From the sequence record SRR20825006_1462: a stretch of 39,249 nucleotides of DNA. One strand, 5' to 3'. The position numbers and the translations under genes are program-made. How positions within the stretch are numbered: position 1 is the first letter of the stretch; the number at the start of each line of letters is the position of its first letter. Under the pieces are notes generated by a model. The model did no database searches and was not told the DNA's origin. It worked only from the letters and a program-made list of their open reading frames with translations. Below are positions 35,921 through 39,249 of this stretch, one piece after another.

Positions 35921-37096
35921 TTAGCGTCTATCAGTAAGGTACATTTCGCCTAGACGTCCTGAGAAATGACCTTTAGAGGAGTAGATTTTATGGATTTTGC
36001 CAACAGATGCAATTCTTTGTTCAGCTAAAATATTAGAAGCTTTGTGAGTAGGTATTTTATGCTCTTCCGCGTATTTCAAAATATTAAGGATAGTATCATA
36101 AATTTGCGCGGCTTTGTCTAAACAGCGTTGTTCGTTATAACCTTCAAGTTCGCCTGCAACATTTATCAAGCCACCAGCATTAATTACGTAATCTGGAGCG
36201 TAAATAATGCCTTTGTCTTGGAGCATCTTTCCGTGTTTGTCTTCGTCGTCTAACACATTATTAGCACCACCAGCGATAACGGGACACTTAAAAAGCTCCA
36301 TGGTTTCGTCGTTAATTACGCCACCTAAAGCGCAAGGTGTGAAAATGTCGACATCAAGACCGTAAATAGCGTCTGGGGCTACCACTTCGGCACCTAGTTC
36401 GTTCGCTAGCTCGTTTGCCTTATCTTCATAAATATCAGAAATGAAAAGCTTAGCGCCCTCTTTGGCAGCGTGTCGCGCAAAATGAGAGGCTACATTGCCA
36501 GCGCCTTGCAAAGCAATTCTTTTTCCTTTTAGAGAATCACTACCAAAAGCTTTTTTTGCACAAGCTTTTGCGCCCATATATACGCCAAAACCAGTTACAG
36601 GAGATGGATTTCCACTGCCGCCCATAGCCTTAGGTATTCCTGTTACAAATTTGGTCTCGCTATATACCCACTCCATGTTTTTTTCTTCCATCCCCACGTC
36701 TTCTGCGGTAATGTAGCGGCCACCAAGTCCGTCCACAAAGCGTCCAAAAGCTCTGAACAGCGCTTCCGATTTATCTTTGCGAGGGTCACCAATAATAACG
36801 GCTTTTCCACCGCCTAGATTTAGCCCCGTAATGGCGGCTTTGTAGGTCATGCCGCGAGAAAGTCGAAGAACGTCTTTAAGTGCGGCTTGCTCGCTCTCAT
36901 AATTCCACATTCGAGTACCACCAAGCGCTGGGCCAAGGGTAGTGTCATGTATAGCAATAATTGCACGCAATCCAGTTTCAGGGTCAGAGCAGAGAACAAC
37001 TTGTTCATGTTCTTTGGATTGAAGTGCGTTAAAAATCGGAAAATTTGGGTCGTTTGTTTTTGTATTCACAGAATCTAAAATTGACGTTTCAGTCAT
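35921..37096 (-). CDS. Glu/Leu/Phe/Val dehydrogenase (leucine dehydrogenase-like)
   Basis: HDTTLGPALGGTR, RLSRGMTYK, GGGKAVI, TAEDVG, PCALGG, PDYVINAGG. Confidence 0.93.
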   Translation of the reverse strand: MTETSILDSVNTKTNDPNFPIFNALQSKEHEQVVLCSDPETGLRAIIAIHDTTLGPALGGTRMWNYESEQAALKDVLRLSRGMTYKAAITGLNLGGGKAVIIGDPRKDKSEALFRAFGRFVDGLGGRYITAEDVGMEEKNMEWVYSETKFVTGIPKAMGGSGNPSPVTGFGVYMGAKACAKKAFGSDSLKGKRIALQGAGNVASHFARHAAKEGAKLFISDIYEDKANELANELGAEVVAPDAIYGLDVDIFTPCALGGVINDETMELFKCPVIAGGANNVLDDEDKHGKMLQDKGIIYAPDYVINAGGLINVAGELEGYNEQRCLDKAAQIYDTILNILKYAEEHKIPTHKASNILAEQRIASVGKIHKIYSSKGHFSGRLGEMYLTDRR

Positions 37097-37133
37097 AACT
37101 TATTAATTATCATTAATTATAGAAAAACAGTAT

Positions 37134-37147
37134 TGGAACCGCTTCCA
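37134..37147. promoter_or_regulatory. LacI/CcpA(cre)-like operator
   Basis: TGGAACCGCTTCCA fits TGnAAnCGnTTnCA and lies about 38 bp upstream of the dehydrogenase start. Confidence 0.6.
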
Positions 37148-37444
37148 CAAAACTCTCATTTTAATCATCAATTTTCAAATTTAATACATCTATTTACGAA
37201 CGGAAACATCTTATTATGGAATTATAGATTTAAAAAAAGCATTAAAAAATAAGGGTAACTAAGTTTATTAGCTGAATTGAGGATTTCAGGAGGCGTAAAA
37301 AATTAATTGAATTAAGTGTAAAGCAGTATTCCGCATTTTAGTTAGTAAATTGTATTTTAAAGTAATTGATGTGCAAAGCACATTGGCATGTTGGTTTGAG
37401 CGCCACAAAGCCTTTTATGTATAAAAATAAAAAAACGATAAACC

Positions 37445-39148
37445 ATGTCTTTCCGCTGGGTATTCTCACAGCCGGGCCAGGATATCCATACGCCTGCTCT
37501 AGAGCAGAAGTTAGGTGTTCCAGCCAAGATAGCCGAGTTACTCGCTATTCGCGGCATAGATACATTTGATGATGCAAAACTCTTTTTCAGACCTACGATA
37601 GATCGACTCCACGATCCTTTTTTAATGAAGGATATGGACGTTGCTGCAGAACGGCTAGCATTAGCTATTCGTAACAGAGAAAAAGTACTTGTTTACGGCG
37701 ATTATGACGTAGACGGTACCACTGCTACGTCTTGTGTTTATATCTTCTTGAAAAAATTCGGAGTTGAAGTAGATTTCTATATTCCCCACCGCTTTAAAGA
37801 AGGTTACGGTATCAATCAAGAAGGAATACAGTACGCTGTTGATATGAAAGCGAACTTAATTGTTTCGGTAGATTGCGGGATTACGGCCATTCAAGAAGCA
37901 AAAGATGCGAAAGCTAAAGGCATCGATTTAATAATTTGTGATCATCATACTGTTGGCGATGAAATTCCAGACGCAGTAGCTGTTTTAGATCCAAAACGAC
38001 CAGATTGCACCTACCCTTTTGATGGGTTGTCGGGAGCAGGTGTAGGTTTTAAGTTGATACAGGGTACGCTGAAAAAGCTTGGGTTGAAGGCAAAAGAAGC
38101 GTACCACTTTCTTGATTTAGTAGCGATTTCTATAGCCTCAGATATTGTACCCATTGTTGATGAGAATAGAATTCTGATGAAGGCGGGGTTAGAAATTCTG
38201 AAAAAGAATCCAAGAATTGGAATTTCTGCGCTGTTAGATTTAATAAAAATGCCACGCGCCGATATCAATACTACAAAAATCGTGTTTTCGGTTGGTCCGA
38301 GAATTAATGCTGCTGGGCGAATGGGCGACGCCACCACGGCAGTACGTCTTATGCTTTCTGAGACTGAAGCAGAAGCGAAGGCGTGTGCATACGAGCTAGA
38401 ATCGGTGAATATGCGCCGTAGGGAAACCGACAGCAAAACGATGGAAGAAGCTTTAGGTCAGATTGACCAAGACTTAGATTTAGAGCAAACTTCAACTATG
38501 GTTCTGTATAAAGAAGATTGGCACTTGGGTGTTATTGGGATTGTAGCTTCGCGTCTTGTTGATTTATATCACCGACCGGCTATAATGTTGAGTAGTGTTG
38601 AAGGTGTAATAAAAGGATCAGCTAGAAGTATTAAAGGTTTCAATATTTATGATGCTCTAAAGAAATGTGATGATCTTTTAGAGCAGTTTGGAGGGCATGA
38701 GTTTGCAGCGGGTTTAACTTTAAAAGAAGGTAAGCTTACCGAGTTTCAACGTAGGATGAATGAAATAGCCCATGTTGATCTTTCTGAGAATAGTTTTGAG
38801 GCGGAGCTATCTATTGATGCTAAATTGGATATTGAAGAGATTGACATGAAGTTTTGGAAACTTCTAGCTCAGTTCGAACCGTACGGCCCTTCAAACTTAA
38901 GGCCAATTTTTGTAAGCGAAAATGTACACGTAGTTGGAGTGCCTACCGTGGTTGGAAATGGGCACTTAAAAATGAAAATTAAGCAAGGAGATTCGGGTGT
39001 ATATGATGCCATTGGCTTTAATATGCACGAATACCTCCCTTTTGTACGCAGTGGTGAATTGTTCCATATAGCGTATGTTTTAGAAGAAAATAACTGGAAT
39101 GGAAGACGAACTTTGCAGATGAGACTAAAAGATATTCATCAAAATTGA
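37445..39148 (+). CDS. recJ: Single-stranded-DNA-specific exonuclease
   Basis: YGDYDVDG, PHRFKEGYG, VDCG, CDHH, PRINAAGR, GSARS, FGGHEFAAG. Confidence 0.97.
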   Translation: MSFRWVFSQPGQDIHTPALEQKLGVPAKIAELLAIRGIDTFDDAKLFFRPTIDRLHDPFLMKDMDVAAERLALAIRNREKVLVYGDYDVDGTTATSCVYIFLKKFGVEVDFYIPHRFKEGYGINQEGIQYAVDMKANLIVSVDCGITAIQEAKDAKAKGIDLIICDHHTVGDEIPDAVAVLDPKRPDCTYPFDGLSGAGVGFKLIQGTLKKLGLKAKEAYHFLDLVAISIASDIVPIVDENRILMKAGLEILKKNPRIGISALLDLIKMPRADINTTKIVFSVGPRINAAGRMGDATTAVRLMLSETEAEAKACAYELESVNMRRRETDSKTMEEALGQIDQDLDLEQTSTMVLYKEDWHLGVIGIVASRLVDLYHRPAIMLSSVEGVIKGSARSIKGFNIYDALKKCDDLLEQFGGHEFAAGLTLKEGKLTEFQRRMNEIAHVDLSENSFEAELSIDAKLDIEEIDMKFWKLLAQFEPYGPSNLRPIFVSENVHVVGVPTVVGNGHLKMKIKQGDSGVYDAIGFNMHEYLPFVRSGELFHIAYVLEENNWNGRRTLQMRLKDIHQN

Positions 39149-39190
39149 ATATTCAAGCATTTCTGTATTGTATGTAGTTTAGAAAGAAGC

Positions 39191-39198
39191 TATATTTG
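39191..39198 (+). promoter_or_regulatory. Bacteroidota-type -7 promoter element of tRNA-Phe
   Basis: TATATTTG is an exact TAnnTTTG, 14 bp before the tRNA. Confidence 0.7.
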
Positions 39199-39212
39199 CC
39201 GTCCTTCTGAAT

Positions 39213-39249
<37 letters not shown>

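Noticed and set aside
37357..37569. Two short ORFs overlapping the recJ start and a small ATGTGC/GCACAT hairpin
   Set aside because: Out-of-frame or antisense overlaps with recJ, no protein-like features; hairpin too short to support
771..38436. Remaining short ORF-track entries nested in or antisense to called genes (e.g. 3875-4198, 28996-29403, 38011-38436)
   Set aside because: Shadow frames of well-supported genes with no recognisable motifs

Overview
AT-rich, gene-dense and mostly housekeeping bacterial chromosome segment. It starts inside a tRNA-Arg(TCG) gene and ends inside a tRNA-Phe(GAA) gene. Gene content and TAnnTTTG-type promoter motifs suggest the FCB superphylum, probably Balneolota/Rhodothermota-like (inference). 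In order it holds: an outer-membrane beta-barrel; a lipoprotein-LytS-LytTR operon with an upstream LytTR-type direct repeat; isoaspartyl peptidase; a yggS-(two small membrane proteins)-divIVA-PNP-acidic protein cluster; Nif3 plus a Cys-less DUF164 protein; RNase P RNA; arcA-like, S2P, lipoprotein and smpB; SirB1; an SSS transporter; a 34-aa sORF coupled to DUF72; an Xre/RES toxin-antitoxin pair; prfC; a Zn-protease; two GNAT paralogues; BlaI/M56 with operators; an MltB-like enzyme; lpdA-lipB-lipA-plsY-gpsA-AlbA_2-iscA; ndh; a membrane protein; hslO; Leu/Glu dehydrogenase; recJ. I saw no integrase, transposase, reverse transcriptase, prophage gene or CRISPR array, and I cannot demonstrate a complete new system. 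The best leads are (1) two tandem PspB-like paralogues between yggS and divIVA, (2) an acidic protein ending in an IVP/Avd-like four-helix bundle, (3) the unlisted 34-aa membrane peptide coupled to a motif-degenerate DUF72, and (4) structured UTRs at lpdA and smpB. All family calls come from motif recognition by eye, not from database searches.
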